From Vicugna vicugna (lineage: Eukaryota), in NCBI GenBank assembly GCA_013265495.1, contig MU057999.1:434001-498000 (forward strand): 64,000 nucleotides of DNA, read 5' to 3'. Positions 13,250 through 27,342 of this stretch are shown here, piece after piece (the stretch's first letter is position 1; the number at the start of each line of letters is the position of its first letter). The translations under genes were made by a program, and so were the position numbers. The notes under the pieces were generated by a model that did not search any database, was not told the DNA's origin, and was given only the letters and a program-made list of their open reading frames with translations.

Positions 13250-15050
13250 AAAAATGTAGTAAGTTACATAGCGCTGCAATGTGAAAAGCAGTGCTAATTG
13301 CACGCTTCTCCCCACTCACTTCCATTCCCAAGAGACAACCACTTTCCAGCCTTTTAGATGCTCTGTTATTTACACCTCAATTTCTAAAAAAGCTTCAATT
13401 TCATGGTGTTTCTTTTTTAGGTACCATCTATCTACTTCCTACTACCTTTTACTCACCACATATCCACACAGACGCTTACCCACACATACACTTCTCTCCT
13501 CCACCCTCCACATGGCAACATGACACTTTGGTCAAATTACTATCCAGTGTTTATGTTATTGTGACTATGTAAATACCGTTCATAGCTGAATCACATACTG
13601 TGCCATGATGACACTTCCTTTCTTTTACAACTTTTGTTTTCCTTGGAGTTAAATATTTGCCTGACTTTTTTCCTTTTCTCTTTTTCATGGCATGCTACAT
13701 ATTTAGCATTAATTTGTGCCCAAATGGACAGAAAAAAACCCCTAAAATTCCACCCAACGAAGGTAGACCCACTGGTGTTCGATCAGGTCCATTTTGGGTT
13801 GGATTTAGGGATGGATGCCTTAGGGCCATCCCTGCTGGGGAGTTGGGATGGGGTGCTCTCTGGTCCCAACGAACAGCTTCCCTCCAGACATCTCCCTTCA
13901 TCTTCACTGCTGGCCCTCCCTTCACTTCTCTTCTGTTTGGTTCCTTATTTTCTGGATTCCTCGTCTTCATCTTCTAGTAGCTTCCTAGGAATGAAACTGT
14001 GGGAGGCAAACAGTTTTTAAACTTTCACATCTCCGAGTGTCTTTACTCTATCCTCATGCTCTGTTGTTGATAGCTGGCTGGGTATGAAATTCTAGCTTAG
14101 AAATGAATTTCCCTCTGTATTTTGACAGTGTTGCTCCATTGTCTCCTTGCTTCCAATGCTGCTGTTGAGAAAAATGATGTGATTCTGAGTCCTGATCTGT
14201 GGATAGAAACCATTTTCTCTCTGGAAGCTTTTAGGATTTTCTTGGCATGTCCAATATCCTGAAATTTCCCAGCAATGTCCTTTTCTATGCTTTTATTCTT
14301 TGTTCTGGGACAAACAGACAACTTTGTTTATGGGCCTTTCAATCTGGTATCTTAGGTCCCTAAGCACTGGGAAATTTTCTCATATGATTTTTTTTTTAGC
14401 AGGTTTTTACATTTTTTAAAGCAGGTTTTTACTTTTTTTTTTTTTTAAAGCAGATCTCCTATGATTTTCTTGGTACTTTTCGCCAGTTTAACTGTTCTCT
14501 TTTTGGGCACTCCAGTTATTTGGATGCCGGAACTCTCAACATGATTCTCTAATTTTAAAATCTTTCTTTCCTATTATCTTTATTTTTTTCTGGGAAAATT
14601 CCACCGCTTTCTATTTCAACCCTTCTGTATTTTTGCTGTCATTTCTAATTTTCAAGAGCTGTTCCTTATTCAGTGTTCCCTTTTAGAACATCACCCTTTT
14701 GTTATGTGAATTAACGGTCTCTCTTATCCCTCTGGAAATGGTATTTATAATGAAAATTGTTTTCTTATTCCCGTCTGCACATTATCTCTGTTTCCTTGGA
14801 GTTCATTTTTTTTTCTGTTTGTTTGTTTTGGTCTCTGTTTTTCGTAGTTAAGGCCTCCCTCAAATGACTTGGATTCTTGGCTGTCCGGTCTTGTTTAAGA
14901 GAAAGGCTTTTCACAGCTGTGGATGCAGAGGTAGATTCTTGGCAGGTCTCACAGATAAAGGATGGGATGCAATGCTGGCCCTGATTGGGGGGACCCCAAA
15001 AATATCAGAATATGTAGGTCATTTCCATTGAGCCAGTCAGTTTCCCAGTG
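13250..15050 (-). mobile_element. Old L1/HAL1 fragment with ORF1 remnant
   Basis: ORF 14097-14321 contains KKILKASREK...LRITSFFSTAALEARRQWS, matching L1 ORF1p KILKAARE...IRLTADFS..TL.ARR.W. Confidence 0.75.
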
Positions 15051-16549
15051 AAGGATCCTCTGAATTTCCTGCCTGAAGGCTGGCAGCCTGGCTGCCTGTG
15101 TTTCGAGAGCCGAACAGGGAAAGGGAGAGAAGGGGGTTTAAGGGGAGTGACTCTACCCACCCCCGCCACCGCGGCCGGCAGTCTCTCCACTTGGCTGCGG
15201 GGATTGGAGGGGGAGGTGCAGGGGAAAGGATGGTCTCTTCTTCTTGTGGTGAGGGAGGGGTCTTCCGAGGGTGCATCTTTCACAAGGCTTTCAGCCCACC
15301 CGCCGGGTTTCAGCCTCCGCTCGCCTCTGTCTTGGAGATGCTGGGGACTCCATTTGCTGAGAGTGTCTGAGGCTCTGCCCAGCTTGCTTCTTTCCCTCCC
15401 GAAACACCCTGCAGTGAGGAGAAAGCTAAGCCCTCATCTCTCTGCTTTCCATTCCCCAGAATTCTGCTGGCCTCGCCCTCCTGCCCTCCCCTCTCCTGCC
15501 TTCTTTGGCCGAGGAGTTGGGCTTTGGCCTTTCACCTCTTTCCTGCCCTGTGGGCGAGGCGTGAGGCGGGGCCCGGGTGAAGGTGCTGGTCTCTCCTTCC
15601 TCCCAGTTTGGCTGGTCTGGACCTCCTCTTGGTTTTTCTCACTGAGGTGGCTCATGCCGGGCCATGTCAGGACTGGTGTGGGCACTTGGGCAGGAAGCTG
15701 GCAAACTCAGGGTTGTTCAGCTGGTTCTGTGACTTCAGGGCTGGCTCTCCCTGCTGTGGGCCGGGTCCACGTACATCCTCCCAGGATAAGCCAGGATGGG
15801 GGGCTTCCGTGACTAAATGGCACACGGTGCTTTGCTACCCAGGCACGGCAGGGCTGCAGCCAAGACTTTGGACAGGAAGACTCGAGGCTTGGGGGTTTCG
15901 AGCTTCAGTTCCAGGAGGTTGCTGGTTCTCCCTTGAGACACCACCTTGTCCTCCCAAACCTGGGTATTTGGGAGAAGGCTGGCCCGGACAGGATGGAAAC
16001 ATCCTGATAACTGGCTTATTTTGTGCACAAGCTCTCAGGGTGTGTTGTTGTGGGGTGCTCCAAGAAACCTGTGGTCAAATGTGCAAGGGAGACTCCATAA
16101 ACAGTATTGCTCCCTCTGAAGTCTGAAACCCTCAGCAGGAAGGAAGCCATATCTGTGTTTAAAGCACCCACATAAGTGAGGACAGGCTGAAAGAAAGACT
16201 GATCTGAAAAGGTATCAGGCAGTGGACAATTGGAGTCCAGTCTATCATCCTGGTGGGAAGTAAGATGGCCCCAGAGTTGGAGGCAGTGAAGAAAGCCGCC
16301 CATATTTAGGCTAGTCCTTGGCTAAATTCTGTTGGAAGCCCGGTGGGTCTTGGCTGCCTGGCCTGCTTTTCCAGATCCTTTTGGCAGACCCTCCCCCAAC
16401 ACCAGCCCAAATCCAAAGTGGCTGATGCTGGGGGAGACATGGAATCCGACACCGGGACAAAGAAGTGACCCTGGAGAGGCACAGAGACAGTGCATCCTCT
16501 GAGGTCAGCAGGGACAGAGGTGCATCAGTTACAGGGAGCAGAGGGCAGA

Positions 16550-17640
16550 AAGACTTTAAAGCACAGTTTGATGAATTTTGGTAATTCTGTCTAGCTATGT
16601 AACCACAGTCACAATAAAGATTTAGGTCGTTTCCGTCTCTTTAAAGAGTTTCCTTGTGCTGATCTGCAGGAAATTTCCTCCCTTGATTCCCAGCCCCAAG
16701 TAACCACAGGTGTGCTTTCTGTCACTATCGTTTTGCCTTTTCTAGAATTTTATAAAACTAGAATCATTAATCTTACAATAAGTAGCCTTTGATACGTAGC
16801 TTGATTTCTTCCTGTTAGCATTTTTCTTTTCAGAGTCTTTTAATTTGTTGTCTGTGTGAATATTCCATTCCTTTTTAAAAGATGAGCAGTATTTCCGGGT
16901 AGAGATGTACCGCAGTTTGTCCTTTCTCAGTTGGTGGATATTTGGGTAGTTTCCAGTCTGGGGGTCATTATAAATAAATTTGCTGTGAATATTCATGTAC
17001 ATGTCTTTGTGTGGACACACATTTTTATTTCTCTTGGGTGAACAGCTAGGTATGAAATTGCTGGGTATGAGGAAAGTGTGGGCTTCACTTTATAAGATAC
17101 CACCACAATGTTTTACTAAGCAGTGAACCATTTTACATCCCCACCACTAATGTAGGGGTATGTCTAGTTGCTCCACATCTGTCAGCACTTGTTATTGTCA
17201 ACCTTTTAAATTTTACCCACTCTAGTGGAACCATAATGGTGCCTCATCATGGTTTTAGTTTGTTACTCTCTGATGAATAGTGATGTTGATCATCTTTTCA
17301 TGTGCTTATTTGCCACGCATACATCTTTTATGAAGTGTCTGTTCAAATGTTTTGCCCATTTAAAAAATTGTCTTCTTTTTATTGAATTGTAAAAGTTCTT
17401 TATATATTCTGGATAGAAGTCTTTAAAAATGTTTTTGTTTTTAAAAAATTTTCTTTGGAATGGGGAGGTAATTAGGCTTATTTATTTGTTTTAATGGAGG
17501 TACTGGGGATTGAACCCAGGACCTCATGCCTGCTAAGCATACACTCTACCACTGAGCTATACCCACCCTGCTGGATACAAGTCTTTTCTGAGATACGGTT
17601 TGCAAATATTTTCTCCCAGTCTGTGGCTTGCCTTTCCTTT
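16550..17640 (-). mobile_element. L1 3' end fragment, interrupted by a SINE
   Basis: Typical antisense L1M 3' text ('tggatatttgggtagtttccag', 'gcaaatattttctcccagtctgtggcttg'). Confidence 0.85.
17425..17570 (-). mobile_element. Vic-1-like tRNA-derived SINE
   Basis: 'ggaggtactggggattgaacccaggacctc...ctctaccactgagctatacc'; TSD ctggata(g/c)aagtcttt at 17409-17424 and 17571-17586. Confidence 0.9.
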
Positions 17641-19212
17641 TGAGTTGGAGATGAACCACATACTTTCTGGGTGACCTTGACTTAACTTCTCCAAGCCTTG
17701 GTTTTCTCATGTGTAAAATAAGAATAAAAATGGTATTTAGTCACAGATTTGTTATGAGAATCAGTTCATTGTAAGGTAAGAAGTGCCTGGCCTTGTCTGG
17801 CACACACTGGGCTATGGTTTCCTAGGGGAAGCCCACTCTTCTGAGCATGAAGATGAAGGGAAAGCCACCGTACAGATACCATGGCCACTGCTGATAAACT
17901 TGACAGATGACTTGGTGCCAGGCCACTCGATTGTGGGCCTAGGAGAGGCTGGTGGTCTCCATTCGATATGTGTAGGGATTCTGTAGGCCAGTGGCCTTGA
18001 AATATTTCCTCATACACCCAACACTTTGAACATGTTTTACTCTCTAGCAGACTTTAAAGTTAACATTTATATCAAAAGTTTAAATAGTTCCAAATGGTGT
18101 GATTTTCAATAAAAATGACATTTAAAAATAAGATGGCTCATTTGCTCTTCTAAATTATCATACTGGATCTAAGTGTTACCACAATTTAATAGCCACCAAC
18201 ATGCTTTAGGAAAAGTAATTACATGGAAGATCCTTTTTTTAAAAATCAGAAATTCTAGTTAGCTCTTTTCTTCCTGAAATTATATTTCTATCCTCTTTCC
18301 TACAGAATTTTTTGCTCTTCTAATATATTTTTATGCTAGAAAGTCTTTTAATGATCCTTCATCATACTTCTCTTCAACGAAAATAGAAATGAAAACATTT
18401 TAAAATGTAAACATTTTCTGTGATTGTAAAGCTCTAGAAAGCAAACACTTCTATTCTGAATTAAGTTGTATGACAATTATTATTCACATACACTTGATAA
18501 AAACAAAGCATGTTACACATTTTGACAAATAATTATTAAACAAAGTAATATTTTATTGGAAACTTATTTCTCAGTGTTACAGATGCAGTGTGTGTTATGG
18601 GTCTTTTTGTTTGGGGTTCTGACCCAGGGGACAGTGCACTTGAGTGAGACTCCTTTGCCCCCGTGGAGAGGGTGAGGGTGAGAGGGGAGGAAGGGAAGGA
18701 GCCTGGCAGGAGACCTCCAGCCCAGGACTCACAGGTAGACCAGTTTTAAGAGGTTGTACAGGTAAGTTGGAGTCCGGGAAGCTGGTTCTGTTAAACACCA
18801 GCGCCCTCAGTCCTTGGCAAGTCCACAGGCACCCTCAAGAACGTGCAGAGGTTGGCAGCATGCCAGTGTAGGTTACACAGAGGCCTGCCTGGGCTGTGTC
18901 CCCTGCCTTCCAATACAGACGTCTGATCATAGGGTGAGTGTGTGTCTGGAGATGAGTGGGGCATGCCTGTGGGATATGAGGTGTCTGTAAGGAGGCAGCA
19001 GCCCAGTAATACACAAGCAGAATAAATAAAAAACACACAATAAAATGTTTGGCATTTTTTACCAATGCCCCCTCCTCAGCCGAGCAAATGGCAGCATATT
19101 TTCCCCCCCACAAAATGTTTGTTTTTAATGCACAGAAAAAGAATCCGTATAATCCTCCATTGATATAAAAGGCAACTTAAGCTAATTAGCTTTTCAAAAA
19201 GAGAACAGTAGC

Positions 19213-19757
19213 TGTGATAGTTAATTTCATGTGTTAACTTGTCTAGACTCTGGTGCCCAGTTGTTGCGTCAGACACCAGTCTAGATGCTGTGAGGGTATT
19301 TTTAAGATGTGTTGGCAGGGAACGCATGGCTTAAGTGGTAGAGCACATGCTTAGCACACACGAGGTCCTGGGTTCAATCCCCAGTACCTCCATTAAAAAT
19401 ACATAAATAAATAAGCCTAATTACCCTACCCCCCCAAAAAAAACACCAAAATAAACAAACAAACAAGACATGGTTAACATTTGAGTATAGTGGATTTCTT
19501 TCCATTATGTAAATGGGCCTCGTTGAATTGGTTGAAGACCTTGAGCGAAAAGATTGAGATCCCCAGAAAAGGAAAGAATTTTGAATTCCAGATTGCCTGC
19601 AGACTCAAGGGGCAACATCAGATCTTACTAGAATTTCCAACCTGCCAGCCTACCCTATACAGATTTTGGACTTGCCAGCCCACCGCAATTGTGTTAGTCA
19701 ATTCCTTACAATAGCTCTCTCTCTACACACACACACACACACACAACCCTGACTGAG
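19213..19757 (+). mobile_element. MLT2-type (ERVL) solo LTR containing a SINE and a (CA)n run
   Basis: Starts tgtgatagttaatttcatgtgttaacttg; contains 'ttttggacttgccagcc'; ends ...aaccctgact. Confidence 0.8.
19314..19465 (+). mobile_element. Vic-1-like tRNA-derived SINE
   Basis: A box 'tggcttaagtggtagagc', B box 'gggttcaatccc', A-rich tail. Confidence 0.9.
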
Positions 19758-20049
19758 GTAATATTCATTGGGTTTTCACACTGCATGCAAAGCCCTCAGG
19801 AACTTTTGTGAGAACAGAATACATTTCTTGTTTATTAAGCCCTTGCAGTGTGGGGGTTGATTTATTATTGCTGCCTAGTCGACACTAATACACAAATCTA
19901 CTGTGTGCCAGACACTGTCTGGGGATAAGATTCATCTCAAAGGTCTGTCGTGAGCATTTAATGAAAATGTTATGTGTGAGAAAGAGCTTTGGCTGCACAG
20001 GGTTTCTCTTGAGGCTGCCGTCAAGATGGTGGGGCTGCAATCATCTGAG

Positions 20050-20610
20050 GTAATTGGAGCATTTAGCTATTTATATTTGATAAAATTACTAGTATCTTTG
20101 AGTTTAAATCCATCATCTCACTATTAGTGTTTCATTTGTTTCACTTGTGTTTTGTTTCTTTTTCCCTCCTTCCTTACTTTCTAAGCACTTTTTATTATTC
20201 TATCTCATTTAACTTACTAATTATATATTCTTTGATTCGTTTTTAGTGATCACCCTAGTAATTACAATATTTACCTTGATTTATTAAAGTTTAAAAAAAT
20301 GAATACTTTTACCATTTCCAGGACATGGCAAAGATCTTAGAACAATTTAACTCCATTACTCCCCTCCCATCTTTTGTGCTGTATTTTAATTCCACATATA
20401 TTTCAAACCTCACAAGGCGTTATTATTCTTTTCTTATATATAATCAATATTCATTTAGTTTTACCATATATTTATCCTCTTCATTGCTGTCTATTCCTTC
20501 CTTCATCTCTGTGCTTCTACTTGGGGTCTTTTGCCTTTTGCTCTTGAAGTGTTCCCTTAATGGGGGTTTGCTGGTGACAAAAGCTCTCCATTTTATTCGT
20601 TGGAAGTCTT
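20050..20610 (-). mobile_element. Degenerate L1 fragment
   Basis: T-rich text resembling antisense L1 ORF1-ORF2 junction sequence. Confidence 0.5.
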
Positions 20611-21649
20611 TGTTTCTTCCTCCCTCCCTCCCTGTCTGGAGGAGCAGTGCACTCTTGGCTGCCAAGAGTAGGCCCTGGTACAGCCAGGTTGTCCTTCTAG
20701 ATAACATGGGCTGTGTCGAAAGTTTGCCCCATCTTTCTTGGGTGCCAGAGGCACCAGTAAAGGCAGTGTTTGACAGAAGCCAGAGGGAGGAATTTGATTC
20801 CGACATGGGCCAAAGGATCAGATCTGGCTCTGGTCAGATTTCAGAAGGAGACCTGTTCTTGGCACCTCGTCTTACAGATCAGGATCTCCCCAGAGCAGCT
20901 CTGGTGTCCAGCCTCACTCTGGTCAGGCGAGATGGGGAAGGAGGGCCACTGAGTCCGCCAGACGTCCACTCTCATACGTGATAGGTAACTTTATCAGGCT
21001 TACTTTCTCCACAAGGCCAAGCAAAACTATTTCGTAAACTGCTCTCCCCTGGAATTTGCCCAATAAGCCCAAGGCCTGTGAGGATGGAAGTGAGTGGTCC
21101 TCAGTGTCCCGTCTCTGGCCAACTCTCAGCGGCCAAAGTGGCTCATGCTGGGTGTATTAGACCCTGAGGGGGTCTCATCCAGTGTGAATCAGTGGCTGCG
21201 CCCAAGGATCTCACAGTGACTTGGGCAGTTCACGTCTCCAGATGGTGTCCTGGCCTGGGGTCCCAGACACCCAATTCTTGCATCCTATACTCCGAGTCAA
21301 GCAGCAAAGCCACACCAGGGCGGAGGGCAGGATGGAGAGGCATTCGGTAGCCTCCTTCCTCCCCGCAAACTCACAGAAGCCCCACCTGCCAAGGTGAGTA
21401 ACCACCTATGTTGAGGACACAAGAAATAAAACAGAAGCACAGCTGACCTCCGTCTGGGCCTGGGGCTCTCTCTGGAGCCGGAGGAAATTTGGAATGCCTT
21501 TCTAGTGGGCTGCCCATGTTTAGTTATTTCTCTACAGTCTAAAAAGAGAAGCAGAAAGCCTTTCCTTCTCTAAATTTTATTTTGCCGAGCAAAACAAAAA
21601 CACATTCTACATGGGAACCATGTAGTACTCTGTAAGGAGTACTTTCCGC

Positions 21650-21935
21650 CAACATAGCCCACGGCTCATGCTCTCACTGCCGGTCTCTGCTCAAATGCCA
21701 CCTCCTCAGAGAAGCCTTTCCAAATAGCTTACAACCACTGTCTCCCCGACTCACCACCCACCTGAAACCCTGGCAATTTCCCATTTCCTTTCACTGCTTT
21801 GTTTTTCCCTGTCACCAGGCCTCACTTATCATCTGCCTCTACTCACTAGACTGTCAGCTTCACGGGGGCAGAGGTGTGTGGATGTTTTGTCCCCTGCTAT
21901 GTCCCAGGACCAAGAACGCTGCTTGGTACCTCATT
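21650..21935 (+). mobile_element. L2 3' fragment
   Basis: 'ctcaaatgccacctcctcagagaagcct', 'cactagactgtcagctt'; its (GAAT)n tail resumes after the MLT1. Confidence 0.7.
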
Positions 21936-21937
21936 GG

Positions 21938-22571
21938 TATATGAATTATGTATTGCTTCATAACAAATCACCCCAAATTCAGTGGCTTAAAATGACATTT
22001 ACTATCTTACAGTTACGGTGGTCAGGAATCTGGATGCAGCTTGGCTGGATCCTCTGGTTCTGCACCCCTCACAAGGCTGCCGTCCAAGTGTCAGCTGTGG
22101 CTGCAGCCTTATCTGAAGACTCGAGTGGGGAGGATCTGTTTCTGGTTCATAGGGTTGCTGGCAGGATTCAGTGTCTTGCAGGCTGTTGGACTGAGGGCCT
22201 CCGTTCCTCGTTGGCTGTTGGCCAGAGTCTGCCCTTCATTGGACATCTCACAACATGGCAGCTGACTTCATCAGAATGTGTAAACACTGAGAACTACAGA
22301 CAGCATGAGCAAGGTGGAAACTACTACCTTTTGTAAACTAATGTTGGATGTGATCTCCCATCACCTTTGCTGCATTCTATTCATTAGAAGAAATTTACTA
22401 GGCCCAGTGCACACTCAAGGGAAGGGGATGACACAAGAATATAGTAACCAGGAAATGGGATCATTGGGAGCCATTTAAAAAATTTTTTTTCCTTTTTACT
22501 TTTTATTGAAGTATAGTTGATATATACTATTATATTGGTTTCAAGGTGCCTTCTTAGAAACTGGCAATCAC
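21938..22571 (-). mobile_element. MLT1 (MaLR) solo LTR with a short L1 tail inserted at ~22475-22547
   Basis: 'ataacaaatcaccccaaattcagtggcttaaa', 'ggcccagtgcacactcaagggaagggg'. Confidence 0.75.
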
Positions 22572-22596
22572 AACTGACTTTCAATTAGTGTTTGTT

Positions 22597-22636
22597 GAAT
22601 GAATGAATGAATGAATGAATGAATGAATGAATGAAT
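22597..22636. repeat. (GAAT)n tetranucleotide repeat (expanded L2 tail)
   Basis: About 10 GAAT units following tttgtt. Confidence 0.95.
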
Positions 22637-23439
22637 TTGGATGAACGCAGAGGGAGAGTAGAGACAGGAGAGGGCACACTGCTGTTGCTGTTAAGAGCTT
22701 GTCTCTTGAGCACACTGGAAAGCCAGGAATCTGGGCGTCAAAGGGCTCCCCAGTCTCCACCTGTCACTTGCTTCATTTTCAATATCAGTTATCTTCTACC
22801 TAGATGCCACCTCCTCATTCACTCACAAATGCACGTGTGCATACAACATACAAACAGAAGGGCAATTCATTCTTTAAGAGAAATGAAGAGACTGGCGAGC
22901 TTACACACTGGGCTTAGAGGTTTGTGAATTGCTTTCAGAGGAAAAGCTGGGGGAATTTGTTAATTTTGGGAAAAGCACATTTTTTTCCACTTGCACAACT
23001 CAAATAAGACTGAACACTCCCGTGGTGGAATTTTCCAAACCGTTTTCATTTCCCCAATGGAGAAGGGGAAATTTGGACAAAGCCGAGCCTTGTTTTTAAG
23101 GGAGAAATGAGCCATATCTGTGGTGTAACTTTTGTGCACTCAGCACGAGTGTGCCCTCAGGGAGGAAGATTCAAGGTGGTTGGAGGGACCAGACTAACAG
23201 GAGGGGATAACAGTGAAACACAGAGACAATGTTGCCTCAGTTATGAGGCTCAGATGCTGTGTGCTGTTGGAACTCAAGAAAAGGGGCTTCATTGGGCTGA
23301 TGTGGGCAGAGAGGGGTTCTGGAAATACGTAGGTTAGAACTTCACCTTTGAGTATGAAGAATATTTGAACAGGAGGAGGGCATCCTAGGTGAGGAGCAGC
23401 ATGGGAGAAAAGGCACAGAATTGGGAATTTGTGTGTCAC

Positions 23440-23907
23440 TGTAACCGAGTAGGATCCAGTGTGGCCTCCCCGGGACAGACCTCTCCCCTGTATCCTCTGC
23501 TGCAGCTCCTCTCTGAAGTTCCCAGATAACAGTATCTCATGTATATTTTCTGAGCTTTTCAGGTGCTAAAAACCACCACCAAAGGGAAGAAATTAACTAC
23601 TCCATCGAGAGCATGTGGCCCCAAGCACTTTTGGCACCTAGAGGTTGATAGTGTTGACCACCCTGTTACCTCCACATCAATCAGAGAATTGTGCATGAGC
23701 TGATCACGTACCTTTGGCCCTCTCCCTTATCTGGCCTTTAAATATGCTTTGCTGAAACCCTTCCGGGAGCTCCGGGTTTCCTTGAGCGTGAGCCACCCCA
23801 TCCTCCTTGCTCGGCCCTGCAATAAACCTTTCTCTATGCCAGACTCTGGCGACCATCAATGTTTGGCCTCATGGTGCATTGGGCTCATGGACTTGCCTTC
23901 AGTAACA
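23440..23907 (+). mobile_element. ERV solo LTR
   Basis: TGTAAC...GTAACA termini, TATA-like ctttaaata near 23735, AATAAA 23821-23826. Confidence 0.8.
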
Positions 23908-25299
23908 TTATGATCACAGACAGAGAAAGAGGCCTGAGTAAACGGAAGGTACGGGTACGTGGTAAAAACTCGGAAAACAGTGAGGGTCTGTGGGTGGGCC
24001 ACGGCCTTCCTGAGTTTAGGGGGTGGGATTAGCGGGACAAGTCCTGGCAGAGAGATGAGGGAAGTACTGAGTTCTGGGGGTACTTAGCTCATCCCTTAGC
24101 CCTGTGATGGGCCTGTGATGGGGCCGTGATGAGGGGCTGACACGATGCCCTCTTCCTGTTCAGGAGACGCTGCTGAGAATATGAGTGGGCTTTGGATACA
24201 GCTGTTGGGGGAACAACAAAGTTCCCCCTGATTTTTGTGGTCTGCTCTTCTGCTCTAAGATGGAGGCGGGGGGGGACCATCAAAGGAGAGAAAAGGGCAG
24301 GTCATGCTGGAGTTTCTGAGTGACTCTGCCCCTTCCTCTCCCAGCTCCTCCCGCCTCCCTCTCCTCTCTCCTTGTCTTTTGTCTCATTCATTTTTCTCCA
24401 CTGCACTTACAACCACATTTGCATGTTCACTTACTTGCCTTGCATACAGTCTGTTTTCCCCACTGGAATGAAAGCTCCGTGAGGGCCGGCATTCCCAGAG
24501 GCTACAAGAGCGCCTGGCACGTGGCAGACACTCAGTATCTGTTGAATGCAAAAGGCTGTGTTACAAAGTGATAAGCTTTGCTGATAAGGAGTTTGATTTG
24601 GTTGGGAGGATGGGGGTCACGATCTGCTACTTTGCTCACAGCCAGGGCAGCTGCATGGCATATGCGTGTGTCTTTACCTGCAGAGAAGAGCTTGCTCTTG
24701 TGGGAACAGCCCTCACCTTAGTCAGGGTGCCAGGGAAAGTCACAGGTGACACGCTTCCCTCAGGGTCACATGGGTGTCTGCCAGCAGCCTCACTTTCCAC
24801 GTCTCCGAGTTTGGCCGGGATCCCTGCACCAGCGCCCCACCACCTCCCAGCCTCCCCAGATGCCCTTAGGAGCCTCCTCTCCTTGGTTCCCTCCTGCCAG
24901 CCCTGATGGGCACCAAGACCGCCTCCGCATGAGAGCCCAGCTGGAAAGGGCAGGCAGAGCTGGGGATTTCTCTTCCCCACAACCAGTCCCAGGCCCAACA
25001 AGTACCAAGGAAAAGGGTTGTTGGTGTTACAGAGACTCCATGACCTCATAAAATATGCTTCATTTTTCTGAGAAAATGAGCCATTTTTTTCCCTCTTATG
25101 TTTTCATATGGTGCCCAGAAGTCCCTGGATTTCCTGGAATTTATATGAAGAATTCCAGCTATTCCAGCCATAGTTTTCACACACATAACTCCTGCCAACA
25201 GATGCTGGCCATCTGGGGGCAGCCGTTGGGGAGGAGCGAGCTGGGCACTCGAGCCCCAGTGATCTAGCCAGGGCTTCTCTGCTGACCCCGTGCGTGCTT

Positions 25300-26880
25300 T
25301 TGGGCATTTTTAAAATACAGTTTTGTTGAGGTATTCTTGGCCTATAATAAACTACAATGTGTTATAAATTTTGGCTTCATATACGCACCATGAAATCGTT
25401 ATCATCGTCAAGCTAGTAAACATATCCAATCACCGCTAAAGTTTCCTTGTGCCTTTTATAGCCACCTCCCCACCCCCACCCCCGAACCCCGGCAGCCACT
25501 GATATGATACACCTTTTTTTGTCTGGTTTATTTCACTCAGCATAATGCCATTGAGATCATCCAGCTGTTGTGTGTCTCACTGGTTCATTTCCCTTTATTC
25601 TAGGTTGTATTCTATTATATGGATGTACCCCACTTTGTTTATACATGCATCTTCTGGTGCACTTTTATCTTTTTTCCCCCCAGCTTTATTACAAATAAAG
25701 CTGCTATGAACATTTGTGGCCAATGTTCGTATGAACTTGTGTTTCCTTTTCTCCTGGGTGGTCACCTAAGAGAGGAGTGGCTGGTTAATCTGGCAGGTGT
25801 ATGTCTAACTTTTAAAGAAACTGCCCAAACTGTTTTCCAAAGCAGTTGTACTATTGAACTTTCTTCCCCACAGCATATGAGAGTATCACTTCCTCTGCAT
25901 CCTCATTAACGTTGGTATGGCAGGTCTCTTTAATTTTAGCCATTCTCATTGTGATTTTCATTTGAATTTCCTTCATGACTGTTGCTGTGGAGTATCTTTC
26001 ACGAGTTTATTTGCCAACTGTATGTCTTCTTGTGAAGTGTCTATTCAAATATCCTGCCCCCTCTCCCTTTCTAAAATTGGGTTCTTTATTTTTTTGTTGT
26101 TGTTGAGTTTGAGGATTTTTTAAATATTCTGGATACAAGTACTTTATCAGACATATGCTTGGCCAATGTTTTCTTCCAGTCTGTGGCTTGTCTTTTCCTG
26201 CTCTTAACAGTGTCTTTTGAAGAGCAGAAGATCAAGAGTTTGATAAAGTCAAATTTATCCACTTATTTTTTAATGGATTGTGCTTTTGGTGTTATATTTA
26301 AGAAACCAGTGACTCACACAAAATCATGAAGATTTATTCTATGTTTACACCTAGGAGTCTTCTAAGGGTTGTCTAGTTTTCGCTCTTACGTTAAAGTCCG
26401 TGTTCCATCTGGAGCTGATTTTTATTAAGGTGGAAGGAGTGACTCCAAGTCCTTTCCTCTCCCAGCTCTCCCTTTTTCTCCTTCTTCGGAGTCTGCATTT
26501 TGCATGTACAAATCCAATTGTCCCAGCACCATTCCAGCCTGAAAAGTCTGCCCTTTCTCCACTGCAGTACTTTTGTCCTTTGTCAAAAATCAGTTCATAA
26601 ATGCATAGATTTACTTCTGGACTCCAGATTCTCTATTGTACTCCGTTGATTTATTTGTTTATCTTTGCACCAGGACTATGTTGTTTTTATTACTACAGCT
26701 TTATCATAATTTCTGAAATCAGGGGTTAGTCTCCAACTTTTAACCTCTTTTTCAGGGCTGTTTGAGATATTATTCTAGGTTGTTTGTACTTACATGTGAA
26801 TTTTAGGATCAGCTTGTCAATTTATATTTTTTAAAGGCCTGTCAAACTTCTGATAAGGATTGCTTTGAATCTGTAGCTCT
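25300..26880 (-). mobile_element. L1 3' UTR and ORF2 C-terminal remnant
   Basis: 'acaaataaagctgctatgaacatt', 'ttgtcccagcacca', 'ttttaggatcagcttgtcaa'. Confidence 0.85.
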
Positions 26881-27342
26881 TAGATATTTTCCTTTACTTC
26901 CTCCCTGAGCTTCAGTTTTCTCCTCTGTAATGTGGAGATGGTAATTCCTGCATTGTAAGGCAACTGGGAGGGCCATATGGCTGGTGCAGACACAGTGCCT
27001 GGAGCACAATAGAACTAAAAGATGTCAGCTATTGTATACCTTGTCCTACGACAAATTCTTGCATCTTTTACTTCTAACCTTCCCTGTAGATTTCCTTCTG
27101 TCATTTTTGGAAATTTTGCTATCACATCCTGCTGTGAATGTGGCTTTTTTTTTTTTTTTTAGCCTGCTTTCTTTTAAATAGCCTCAAAAACAATGTATTC
27201 AGGTTCTGTTTAGTTTCAATCATTACAACAAAGTCTGGACTTACATTCCAGCCATTACTCACCTGGACTTCCACAGTCAGCCTCCCAACTGAATTCTTCC
27301 TCTCTACATTTGAATCTCTCCAAAGTTATCTGAGCTTCAGTC

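Noticed and set aside
15048..16126. 254-aa and 172-aa ORFs
   Set aside because: Non-ATG starts in GC-rich, probably repeat-derived DNA; no domain or exon structure.
17960..18580. Abrupt AT-rich block
   Set aside because: No poly(A) tail or TSD found; probably an old DNA-transposon fragment that I cannot assign.
19314..19395. tRNA-like sequence with A and B boxes
   Set aside because: It has an A-rich tail and multiple dispersed copies, so it is a SINE, not a tRNA gene.
20325..20981. 218-aa ATG-initiated ORF
   Set aside because: The first half is antisense L1-like T-rich sequence giving a spurious hydrophobic peptide; no recognisable homology.
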